Origin: a virus
Taxonomy: Duplodnaviria > Caudoviricetes
Reading direction: 5' to 3' (one strand)
DNA length: 25,137 nt
IMG/VR virus record: IMGVR_UViG_3300020708_000005
Span: 1 to 25,137 of that record
In this document: in pieces, positions 8,967-17,038 of the stretch
Layout: each line of letters starts with the position of its first letter
Numbering within the stretch: the first letter of the stretch is position 1
Translations under genes and position numbers: made by a program
Notes under the pieces: generated by a model
The model's database searches: none
Seen by the model: only the letters and a program-made list of their open reading frames with translations
Told to the model about the DNA's origin: nothing

Positions 8967-9036
8967 AAAACCGCCTACTTGTTAGCTCTTATCCCCCTCC
9001 TTGGAGGGGTTAGGGGAGGTCGCTTTCAGCGGTTTT
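8967..9036. repeat. GC-rich REP-like repeat (8992-9019) nested in an AAAACCGC/GCGGTTTT stem after the capsid gene
   Basis: TCCCCCTCCTTGGAGGGGTTAGGGGAGG flanked by inverted 8-mers at 8967-8974 and 9029-9036; possible terminator or stabiliser. Confidence 0.55.
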
Positions 9037-9054
9037 TCACACACGGACGGTTTA

Positions 9055-10107
9055 TTATGTTGTAGCAGCTTGAACAATTGCAATTACACCTTTCGCATCA
9101 TTTCTACGGATACGGCCTCCTAAACGAACCAGTGCAGAATAGATATCGCCAAAGAATGTTGGATCTCCCAAACGTTCAAAGAAACTTACAGTTCCTAAGG
9201 CACGTTCTACGCTGTTTTTCTGCCAAGCAATAGCAGCTCCATTATGAGCAGCTGCTCCTGCAGTCGTCCATGCAACTGGTACAGGGGTTGATGAATTATC
9301 ATAGCGCATTACGCCGTTACGAACCAATATATTGAATCCGTAAAGTTTACCAACTACTCCGGTTGCAGGATCCATTACCTGAGAGAAATCACGGTATTGA
9401 GTTGCTGTTAAGTCAGCGGTTAATTGGTCGTACATATCAGCATCAAGCATTAGGTAACGATCTGCACCTGGAACTCCGTTTTTATTCATCAGTTTTTGTG
9501 CTGATTTTACATCGGCTACACAGAAAGCTTTCCGGTTTCCGGTAGCTGAATCGGTGTGAGCTAAAACTGCCGTACCGGTAGTTCTCAAAATCTGACCGGC
9601 TACGGTTGGACTCCATTTAAATAATATGTTTAATGCTGCCGCCTCTGCGATAGCTGATTTAGTATCTGCTAAAACTGAATTACGTTTATCGTAAGCGAGT
9701 TCCACAGTCTCAGCATTTGTAATTAATACCGGATTAGAAGTAATTTCGTCGATAGCATAAGTAATATCAACATCAGTACGTTGGGTAACTGAAGCCGGTA
9801 AATCAGTTCGGTTAGTCACAACTCCCGGAGCTGCTCCCGCATTTGGTATATGAACTACTTTTCCTGCCAATACATATTGATCGGCGTTATACGCGAAATT
9901 TAAAAACGAATTATCAGCAAAAAGTTGCTCCACAATATCCGATTCCCAGATTTCCTTCTGAATGGCCATTGATAAGCCTTTATCACCGGTTCTGATAAGC
10001 GACAGCGCGCCACCTGTACCCACTGCGGCCAACAAACCGCCCCCTGTTACCGAAGCCAATACAAGCCCGATAACCATGTTGAACATTAATGCAAAAATCT
10101 TTTTCAT
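9055..10107 (-). CDS. Major capsid protein with hydrophobic N-terminal leader
   Basis: 350 aa after the protease. AIQKEIW, VHIPNAG, KNGVPGADRYLMLD and GKLYGFNIL are typical HK97-fold coat patterns. Confidence 0.85.
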   Translation of the reverse strand: MKKIFALMFNMVIGLVLASVTGGGLLAAVGTGGALSLIRTGDKGLSMAIQKEIWESDIVEQLFADNSFLNFAYNADQYVLAGKVVHIPNAGAAPGVVTNRTDLPASVTQRTDVDITYAIDEITSNPVLITNAETVELAYDKRNSVLADTKSAIAEAAALNILFKWSPTVAGQILRTTGTAVLAHTDSATGNRKAFCVADVKSAQKLMNKNGVPGADRYLMLDADMYDQLTADLTATQYRDFSQVMDPATGVVGKLYGFNILVRNGVMRYDNSSTPVPVAWTTAGAAAHNGAAIAWQKNSVERALGTVSFFERLGDPTFFGDIYSALVRLGGRIRRNDAKGVIAIVQAATT

Positions 10108-10130
10108 ACCTTAAAAATTTTATTTGTTTT

Positions 10131-10175
10131 TTTACTATAAACTATTTACTATAAACTGCTTACTGTTACTGCCTA
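10131..10175. repeat. Short degenerate heptamer tandem repeat
   Basis: TTTACTA TAAACTA TTTACTA TAAACTG CTTACTG TTACTG CCTA. Confidence 0.6.
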
Positions 10176-11162
10176 TTAATTTGGTTTTTTCCCAAATTTT
10201 GCCTCGAATTTCTCAACATACATGTCGTTGAATTCAAGTTTTACCTTAGCAAGTTTTCCGGCTTTGTCCAGCGCGTCCCAATCCATAAGATTAAGCGTTT
10301 CACGTTCGGTTTTTGAACCGGTAGCAAGCTGTTCTCTCACACTTTGACGGGTTGGAATAGCTTCCAACGAAGTTTTGGCAGAATCAAAATCTTTATCAAA
10401 TAGGTTGATAAAGGTTTCCTTTCCTTTAGCATCAATACGGCCATCTTTTACGGCTGCATCAACTAAGTTCAATGCTTCGGCTTTCCGTGCATTGGATTTT
10501 TCGGTTTCGTGTGCGTTTACCTGATCGGTCAATAGCAACACCTTGGCATCAGCAGCAGCCTTATCAGCAGCCAGTTTTTCAACGGCAATGCCAATAGCCA
10601 CATCGTCTGCATTATCTGCCAGATTCAATGTTTTTAAATAAGTTTTCGACATAATTTCTATTTTTGGTTTTACAATAAAATCCGAAAGTTTAAGAGCGGC
10701 GCTTTCTTTTTTACCAAAGGTTATTTCTATACCCTTGTCGTCGTAAAATCGTAATGCCATTGAATTATGATTTCCGCCAACGGCTACAATGGAGGCCTCA
10801 CGAAGTCGGCATTTAGTCACTACCATACAGCAATCTCCATCGTTGCAAAGCATTGGATCGTCAGAACATTCCAGGTCAACTAATCCGCAAGAAGCCATTT
10901 TGATAAATCCATTCTGCACCTTTTTAATCATGCGCTGTACATCCTTATCGGTGTCTTCCGTATCAAATACAGCATCGGCTAATAACTGACCGTTTTCTTT
11001 GCGAACGTTTTCCCATTTTCCTACCGGCATATTCCAGTCATTATGTTGGTAAAACATAACCGGATTTTTCTCGAACTGCGCTGTATCTACGCCCTCAACC
11101 GAAACACATACATCTTTTGTAGTAGTCGAGCCGTCGAGTAATATGAAAGTGATTGGATTCAT
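10176..11162 (-). CDS. Prohead protease-scaffold fusion (Mu gpI-like organisation)
   Basis: N-terminal FEKNPVMFYQH..PVGKW..KMASCG..LREASIV caudoviral protease motifs; Ala/Lys-rich helical C-terminal half (AAVKDGRI). Confidence 0.88.
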   Translation of the reverse strand: MNPITFILLDGSTTTKDVCVSVEGVDTAQFEKNPVMFYQHNDWNMPVGKWENVRKENGQLLADAVFDTEDTDKDVQRMIKKVQNGFIKMASCGLVDLECSDDPMLCNDGDCCMVVTKCRLREASIVAVGGNHNSMALRFYDDKGIEITFGKKESAALKLSDFIVKPKIEIMSKTYLKTLNLADNADDVAIGIAVEKLAADKAAADAKVLLLTDQVNAHETEKSNARKAEALNLVDAAVKDGRIDAKGKETFINLFDKDFDSAKTSLEAIPTRQSVREQLATGSKTERETLNLMDWDALDKAGKLAKVKLEFNDMYVEKFEAKFGKKPN

Positions 11163-11243
11163 TTAAATGTCTATTAATAATTGGTTAAATGCCGATGCGA
11201 CTGTGTTTAATGATGCAAAAATCCTATATAATTCAATCCCTAC

Positions 11244-11276
11244 AAAAAAGTACTGCCATAATGGCAGTACTTTTTT
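11244..11276. promoter_or_regulatory. Perfect 16-1-16 palindrome between the divergent late operons (candidate operator or activator site)
   Basis: AAAAAAGTACTGCCAT-A-ATGGCAGTACTTTTTT in the 11163-11326 divergent gap. Confidence 0.65.
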
Positions 11277-11326
11277 TCAATAAGCGTTTAAAGCCGTTAT
11301 TTTGCTTGAAATTTAAACATTATATA

Positions 11327-11794
11327 ATGGCAGAAGCTAAGAAAAAACGCACGAAACAGGAGATGGATGCATTGTATGATTATGCTAAAATGCTATTCAT
11401 ATATGATAAACTTACCCAAAAAGAGATTAGTAAAAAAACGGATGTAAGCGAACCTACTATAAGCAAGTGGGTCAAAGACGGGAATTGGGAAGATTATCGG
11501 AAAGCTATTTCTGTGACCCGCGACGAACGTTATCGCTCCACCATCAACCAACTTACCGAGTTGGACAATCTCATCAATAGCCGTGATGAGAATTACCGTT
11601 TCCCCACCAAAGATGAATCGAATATCAGAAGGAAGTTAGTGGCCGACCTCAAAACGCTGGAGGTTGAGTGTGGAATTGTGGACGTAATTAATGTGTCTAT
11701 ACGGTTGCTGGAGTGGTTGCGAAAGGTTGACAATGAAAAAGCGAAAGAGATGTCAGACATCTTTAACTCGTATATAAAAAGTTCTTTCAAGTAA
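11327..11794 (+). CDS. terS: Terminase small subunit (N-terminal HTH)
   Basis: LTQKEISKKTDVSEPTISKWVKDGNW HTH, upstream of TerL. Start moved to ATG 11327 (MAEAKKK). Confidence 0.75.
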   Translation: MAEAKKKRTKQEMDALYDYAKMLFIYDKLTQKEISKKTDVSEPTISKWVKDGNWEDYRKAISVTRDERYRSTINQLTELDNLINSRDENYRFPTKDESNIRRKLVADLKTLEVECGIVDVINVSIRLLEWLRKVDNEKAKEMSDIFNSYIKSSFK

Positions 11795-11817
11795 TAACTA
11801 CCTAAAATTCAACACAC

Positions 11818-11886
11818 ATGCCAATCGAAGTAATTACAGCTCTCGAACGATGGAATCGGTTTTATACCGAATTGAAACAATCGTAA
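11818..11886 (+). CDS. Possible 22-aa peptide MPIEVITALERWNRFYTELKQS
   Basis: ATG preceded by an A/C-rich leader like neighbouring genes; fills the terS-terL gap. Confidence 0.35.
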   Translation: MPIEVITALERWNRFYTELKQS

Positions 11887-11920
11887 CTGACAATAATAAA
11901 CTGTCAACTACCAACAAACA

Positions 11921-13450
11921 ATGGCTAAACAAGCAGAAAAACAGGCATTAAAGGAATGGGACGAATACCGAAAGGCGCTCATGGCCGGAACAGCTCTGGA
12001 GTACGACAAATCGGGGGCGGATATCGAAAAGCACCGAAAGTACCTGGAATCTCGTCCGGCGGAATGGTGCAAATATTTCTTTCCAAACTACGCTACTGCC
12101 GAATTCGCCCCATTTCATATTAAATACATCAATCGGATTGTTGAACATGACGAATGGTATGAGGTGAACAGTTGGAGTCGTGAATTGGCAAAAGATACCG
12201 TTACCATGATGGTGATGTTTTACCTGAACCTGACAGGTAAAAAACTTTTTACCCTCTTCGTCTCAAGTTCTTACGATGCTGCCTGTGACTTGCTAAAACC
12301 TTACATGCTGAACTACGAAGCTAACCAGCGAATTATTGCTTACTACGGTGAGCAGCGTACATTCGGAAACTGGGAAGCCGGAAACTTTACTACCCGATGT
12401 GGAGCTCGTTATGTGGCACTCGGAGCCGGACAGTCTCCACGTGGAAAGAAAAACGAAAACCTACGCCCGGATTCTATTCTGATTACCGATATAGATACGG
12501 ACGAGGATTGCCGTAATAAGGATACCATTGACAAACGTTTCGACTGGATTGAACGCGCCTTATACATGACTCGTTCGGTTTCAAAGCCTCTTTTATTCCT
12601 GGTACTTGGAAACATTATTGCCCGCGACTGTTGCGTTACCCGCGCTGCCAAACGAGCAGATAAACACGACATTGTAAATATTCGCAATAAAGACGGTAAA
12701 AGCAGTTGGCCAGCCAAGAACTCAGAGGAACAGATTGACCGGGTTCTTTCAAAAATGTCAACCAAAGCCCAGCAAGCCGAGTGTTTCAATAATCCGGTTT
12801 CTGAAGGCGATATTTTCAAAGAACTAACCTGGGGCGATGTTCCACCTATTCATAAGTTCAAGTTCCTGGTGGCGTATGCCGATCCAAGTCCGAGCAATAA
12901 CGTAGGAGACCGTAAAAACTCTACCAAAGCCCTTTGGCTTGTTGGATGCGATGGCGGTAAGTTCTACATTATAACCGGATTTCTTGACCGGGTTACGAAT
13001 GATGAATTTGTAGACTGGTTTTATGGCATTGAAGACTACACCAAGCAGCGGACACAGATATATAACTATATCGAAAATAATACGCTGCAAGACCCATTTT
13101 TCGAGCAGGTATTTATGCCGCTGTTTTTCCGAAAAGGCCAGGAACGGAATCACCATATCGGAGTTATTCCGGACGGACGGAAAAAGCCGGACAAATTCAG
13201 CCGTATTGAGGGAAACCTTGAACCGCTGGTTCGCACCGGTCGATTAGTCTTTAATATAAAAGAAAAGGACAATCCCCATATGCAGCGACTGGAGGAACAG
13301 TTCAAACTTTTCTCAGCTACTATGAAAGCACCTGCCGACGGACCGGATGCAATTGAAGGAGCAGTTTTTATTTGCAATAACAAAGTATTAACGCTTTCCG
13401 ACAATAGCTATACAGTCGGAACACGGCGCGAAAATTCAAAGAGATATTAA
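11921..13450 (+). CDS. terL: Terminase large subunit (Mu gp28-like)
   Basis: Deviant Walker A WSRELAKDT, GAGQSPRG..RPDSILITDID Walker B region, LVLGN, and nuclease motifs YADPS and DGPDAIEGA. Confidence 0.9.
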   Translation: MAKQAEKQALKEWDEYRKALMAGTALEYDKSGADIEKHRKYLESRPAEWCKYFFPNYATAEFAPFHIKYINRIVEHDEWYEVNSWSRELAKDTVTMMVMFYLNLTGKKLFTLFVSSSYDAACDLLKPYMLNYEANQRIIAYYGEQRTFGNWEAGNFTTRCGARYVALGAGQSPRGKKNENLRPDSILITDIDTDEDCRNKDTIDKRFDWIERALYMTRSVSKPLLFLVLGNIIARDCCVTRAAKRADKHDIVNIRNKDGKSSWPAKNSEEQIDRVLSKMSTKAQQAECFNNPVSEGDIFKELTWGDVPPIHKFKFLVAYADPSPSNNVGDRKNSTKALWLVGCDGGKFYIITGFLDRVTNDEFVDWFYGIEDYTKQRTQIYNYIENNTLQDPFFEQVFMPLFFRKGQERNHHIGVIPDGRKKPDKFSRIEGNLEPLVRTGRLVFNIKEKDNPHMQRLEEQFKLFSATMKAPADGPDAIEGAVFICNNKVLTLSDNSYTVGTRRENSKRY

Positions 13451-13462
13451 CAAATAACACAC

Positions 13463-13813
13463 ATGGAAAATCTTATTTTAAAAGTTATCAAATGGTATTT
13501 AATTACCCGTACGAAATACCGCGCTAATCTGTATCATTACCGAAAAGCTGTGAAGGAAGCCGAACGTTTGGCTGCCGGAACTAACAAGTGCAAAGGTCGT
13601 AGAACGTATGTATATTTTCTGGGCGGAAAATATAGAATACTTAATCGTAAACAGGTTCAGTGGTTAAAGAACCAAGGTACGATTAAACGCTCTATGAATT
13701 TGGAGAAAATGCAAAGCGTATTATGCTATGATACGCAGGGACACATTAATTCACATCCAAACTGGACACAGTTGGAAATTAAAGGAATTGATATCATTTA
13801 TCAAAGATTGTAA
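13463..13813 (+). CDS. Basic hypothetical phage protein
   Basis: 116-aa ORF in the operon with an A-rich leader. Confidence 0.7.
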   Translation: MENLILKVIKWYLITRTKYRANLYHYRKAVKEAERLAAGTNKCKGRRTYVYFLGGKYRILNRKQVQWLKNQGTIKRSMNLEKMQSVLCYDTQGHINSHPNWTQLEIKGIDIIYQRL

Positions 13814-13830
13814 ATTTTAAATTCTTTATT

Positions 13831-14244
13831 ATGTATATAACTCCCGACGAAGTAACCACGCATTTAAATGCGGAAACTATTGAAGCCATTAGTGATGGCG
13901 ACAGCACAATGTTACAAGCCGCTATTGATGCAGCTTATGTTGAGGTAAAAAGCTATCTGGCATCTTTTGACGTTGCTTCGGAATTTGTCAAAACAGGATC
14001 TGACCGCAATGCATTGCTTATTGTATTTGTAAAAGATGTAGCCGTTTGGCATTTCATAAATATATGCAATGTAAATACCGATTTGAAACTGCGTGCAAAA
14101 AGATACGACGATGCAAAATCATGGCTTATTGCCGTTCAAAAAGGAAACGTTACGCCTGATCTGGCGAAAGCCCCATCAACTGAAACTACAAGTACACAGC
14201 AAATCACATTCAGTTCAAATCCAAAACGAGGACAACATTTCTAA
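13831..14244 (+). CDS. Mu gp36-like (DUF1320) head-tail adaptor
   Basis: AIDAAYVEVKSYL..KDVAVWH..RYDDAKSWL..VQKG..PDL pattern. Confidence 0.85.
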   Translation: MYITPDEVTTHLNAETIEAISDGDSTMLQAAIDAAYVEVKSYLASFDVASEFVKTGSDRNALLIVFVKDVAVWHFINICNVNTDLKLRAKRYDDAKSWLIAVQKGNVTPDLAKAPSTETTSTQQITFSSNPKRGQHF

Positions 14245-14265
14245 TTCGTATAATTTGTATTTATC

Positions 14266-16911
14266 ATGGCAAAAAATAATATCGACCCGATAACCGCCGT
14301 CTTAGCTCCAGGCACAGTTCCCGAAAATCTGATTATAAGTCAGATAGTCATTCGCCCACCGGTTCGTAAAACATCCGATGTTTCAACATGGAGAACGGCG
14401 TTACAAGCCGCCGACTTTGGCCGCATGAAATTGTTGTACGACCTGTACGAGGATTTATTGATTGATGGAGTCATGTCCGATGCGGTTAGCAAGCGTATTG
14501 ATGCCATTACCAACGCACAGCTCACGTTTCAAAATGCTACTGGAGAGGAAGTTCCGGAGATTGTAGATTTGATTGATTCTCCGGCATGGGAGGATGTTCT
14601 TACTACCATCATGCAAGCCCGGTTCTGGGGTCGCTCAGGTATGGAGTTCGATTTTACGGACGGTTTAAAAGTATGGCAAATTCCATTCAAAAATATAAGC
14701 CTGATCAACAAACAGATTTTACTGTTTGAGGCAGATACTACTGGCGTATCGTATGCCGACGATGATCATATACTCGTTATAGGAAAAGACCGAGATTATG
14801 GATTATTGCTTAAGACTGCACCCTATTGTATTTGGAAACGAGGCGGATTTGGTGACTATGCCCAATGGCTCGAAATTTTCGGTATGCCACAGCGTGTTGG
14901 TAAATACTCAAGTTACGACCCCGAAAGCAAAAAATTATTAGAGCAGGCACTCGAAAATGCAGGTTCTGCACCGTGGATTGTCGTGCCCAAAGAAGCGGAC
15001 ATTGAAACCACACAAAGCAATGGAAGTAATAACTCAGGAAAAGCATACGACGAATTCCGAAAAGCCTGTAATGAGGAAATACTTATTACTATTTTGGGTC
15101 AAACGCTCACCACCGTTCAGGGCGATAAAGGAGCTCGGAGTCTGGGCGAAGTTCACAAAGATGTTGAGGAAGGAAAACACCGTAGCGATATGCGTTTTGT
15201 GCAGCGTGCGTTGAATTATTATTTATTACCTGTTCTCGAAAAACGCGGTTTCCCGGTAAAGGGTGGAAAATTCGTTTTCCCTGACGATGTGGCAGAACTG
15301 ACAGTTGATGAAATGGTATCACTATCCGGTATTATGGATATTCCGTCGGCTTATTTGCACGAAAAATATAGTATTCCTATTCCAAAAGATGGAGAACCAA
15401 CAGCAAAGAAACCAACACCACCAGTTCCAATTATTGCAGACCCGAATAAACCGGTTGACCCGAATAAGCCTGTTCCACCAGAGCCTATCAAAAAGTCCCC
15501 CGATGTTTTACTAAAAAAAGGAGGGAAAAAACCGGAGGTTAAACTATCCGATAATCAGCGAGGATTTCTAAAATCGTTGGTAAGTTTTTTCGCAGTCGCC
15601 CGGACAACGAGGAGCCGGGCAAGTCTGATATTAGACGACAAGTCGACGAACTTTACGGCGGGCATAAACATTGACGCACTTTTCAAACAGGCATTAAACG
15701 ATATTTACAAACAATACGGCATTGATCCAAAAGATATGCCTCTTGTTTCTAAACCGCTGTATGATATATCAAATACATCGTATCAACAGGCCATTGACTC
15801 TGAATTCGGTAAAATGGGTACAGAATTCGGTAAAAAATATCAGCCGTTTATCGACGAGTTTAAAACAAATGCCTCCGTATTTTCAGCTTTCAAAAACCAC
15901 CAACAGACCAACGACATAGTAGCATTGCTTACCAACGAAAATGGTGACCTTCGCTCGTTTGATGAGTTCCGAAAGTTGGCAGATGGAGTTAGTAGGGATT
16001 ATAACCAAACATGGTTAAAAACTGAATATAATCAGGCCGTTCGGTCGGCGCGTATGGCGGCCAAGGTAAAGAGCTTTATGGAAACTGCCGACCTGTATCC
16101 AAACATGGAATACCTTGAAACCACGGCATCCATACCGCGCGAGGAACATGAAAACTGGGTTGGCACAATTCTTCCTATTAATGATCCCTGGTGGGATACG
16201 CACATGCCACCATCGGCATGGGGTTGCGAGTGTTCAGTGCGTAATACTGATGCCGATATTGTAGAACCTCCCGAAGACGATACATTGACAATTAATCCAC
16301 TTTTTGCCAACAATCCGGCTAAAACTTCCGAAATAGTGAACATGGCCGAACATCCGTATGTCAAGAACTGCGAGGATAAAATAAAGAAGGAGATTATACT
16401 TATTGCTAAAGATTGGGAAAAGTATATCCCAAAAACAGTAGTTAGTTATAAAAACGGAAACCCTGGAGGTAAGATAATATCATCATCACTGGTTGATGTG
16501 ACAACGAACGATTATCAGCGTGTTTATCAATGCGCCGACGAGTTTGCCAAAATGAAAAAGGAAGCGGAAATATTACCAAGAGTAAATATCAAAAGTCCAC
16601 TGTACAAAGAAATTTTTGGCGATTTAATTGGAACTGAGTACGAGAATAAATGCCCAGACTTAAAAGTAAACGGTTTATTTTACGAGCATGAAGGATTTAT
16701 AACGGATAATCCTAAGAACGCAGTTGAAAACATGCTTAGCAGAGGGTTGAAACAGTCCGACAGAATTATTATAGATGATTGTGGAGTGAGCGATCGTTAT
16801 TTACTGAACAATATACTTGCAAGAGTCAAGCAGGGACAGAACATTGAAGAAGTTTGGATACTTAAAAATAGTAAGTTAACTTTATTCTATAAAAAAACAG
16901 AAGCCCATTAA
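14266..16911 (+). CDS. Fusion of DUF935 (Mu gp29-like) portal, MuF minor head domain and C-terminal PD-(D/E)xK-like nuclease toxin domain
   Basis: Portal motifs WLEIFGMPQRVGKY, ILGQTLTT, RSLGEVH; Pro-rich linker; MuF motifs WLKTEYNQA, REEH, DPWWDTHMPPSAWGCECSV; C-terminal CPDLKVNGLFYEHEG..LSRGLKQSDRIII resembling CdiA-CT tRNase-type domains. Confidence 0.85.
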   Translation: MAKNNIDPITAVLAPGTVPENLIISQIVIRPPVRKTSDVSTWRTALQAADFGRMKLLYDLYEDLLIDGVMSDAVSKRIDAITNAQLTFQNATGEEVPEIVDLIDSPAWEDVLTTIMQARFWGRSGMEFDFTDGLKVWQIPFKNISLINKQILLFEADTTGVSYADDDHILVIGKDRDYGLLLKTAPYCIWKRGGFGDYAQWLEIFGMPQRVGKYSSYDPESKKLLEQALENAGSAPWIVVPKEADIETTQSNGSNNSGKAYDEFRKACNEEILITILGQTLTTVQGDKGARSLGEVHKDVEEGKHRSDMRFVQRALNYYLLPVLEKRGFPVKGGKFVFPDDVAELTVDEMVSLSGIMDIPSAYLHEKYSIPIPKDGEPTAKKPTPPVPIIADPNKPVDPNKPVPPEPIKKSPDVLLKKGGKKPEVKLSDNQRGFLKSLVSFFAVARTTRSRASLILDDKSTNFTAGINIDALFKQALNDIYKQYGIDPKDMPLVSKPLYDISNTSYQQAIDSEFGKMGTEFGKKYQPFIDEFKTNASVFSAFKNHQQTNDIVALLTNENGDLRSFDEFRKLADGVSRDYNQTWLKTEYNQAVRSARMAAKVKSFMETADLYPNMEYLETTASIPREEHENWVGTILPINDPWWDTHMPPSAWGCECSVRNTDADIVEPPEDDTLTINPLFANNPAKTSEIVNMAEHPYVKNCEDKIKKEIILIAKDWEKYIPKTVVSYKNGNPGGKIISSSLVDVTTNDYQRVYQCADEFAKMKKEAEILPRVNIKSPLYKEIFGDLIGTEYENKCPDLKVNGLFYEHEGFITDNPKNAVENMLSRGLKQSDRIIIDDCGVSDRYLLNNILARVKQGQNIEEVWILKNSKLTLFYKKTEAH

Positions 16912-16930
16912 CCGAAGTTAATGAGCCCTG
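16891..16930 (-). terminator. Intrinsic terminator with C(UUCG)G loop and U7 tail
   Basis: Stem 16930-16917/16912-16898 followed by seven U on the minus strand. Confidence 0.75.
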
Positions 16931-16956
16931 TGGCTGATCGAATCCGTAGAATCGAT
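16891..16956 (-). ncRNA. Candidate ~66-nt small RNA convergent on the MuF toxin 3' end
   Basis: AUCGAUUC-UACG-GAUUCGAU CAGCCA CAGGGCUCAUUAAC-UUCG-GUUAAUGGGCUUCUG U7, directly downstream of a TATCTTTG promoter element. Confidence 0.65.
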
Positions 16957-16959
16957 ACG

Positions 16960-16967
16960 CAAAGATA
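16960..16967 (-). promoter_or_regulatory. Bacteroidota -7 promoter element TATCTTTG
   Basis: Exact TAnnTTTG pointing back at the toxin gene; -33 box is weak. Confidence 0.6.
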
Positions 16968-17038
16968 CAACCTTTTTCAATAAAATGTTATTTAAACGCT
17001 AATTATTTGATATTTAAACAATATTTAATCAAATTCAC

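Noticed and set aside
5678-10175. CRISPR array from the palindromes and short repeats
   Set aside because: The repeats are dispersed or directly tandem, with no regular repeat-spacer period and no cas genes.
16943-16952. TCCGTAGAAT matching the reverse complement of 1745-1754 at 9/10 as an inversion crossover site
   Set aside because: Too short to be significant, and it lies inside the candidate RNA hairpin.
16931-16956. tRNA gene or fragment (GATCGAATCC resembles a T-loop; GCCA on the minus strand)
   Set aside because: No cloverleaf, D arm or anticodon arm; treated as a small two-hairpin RNA instead.
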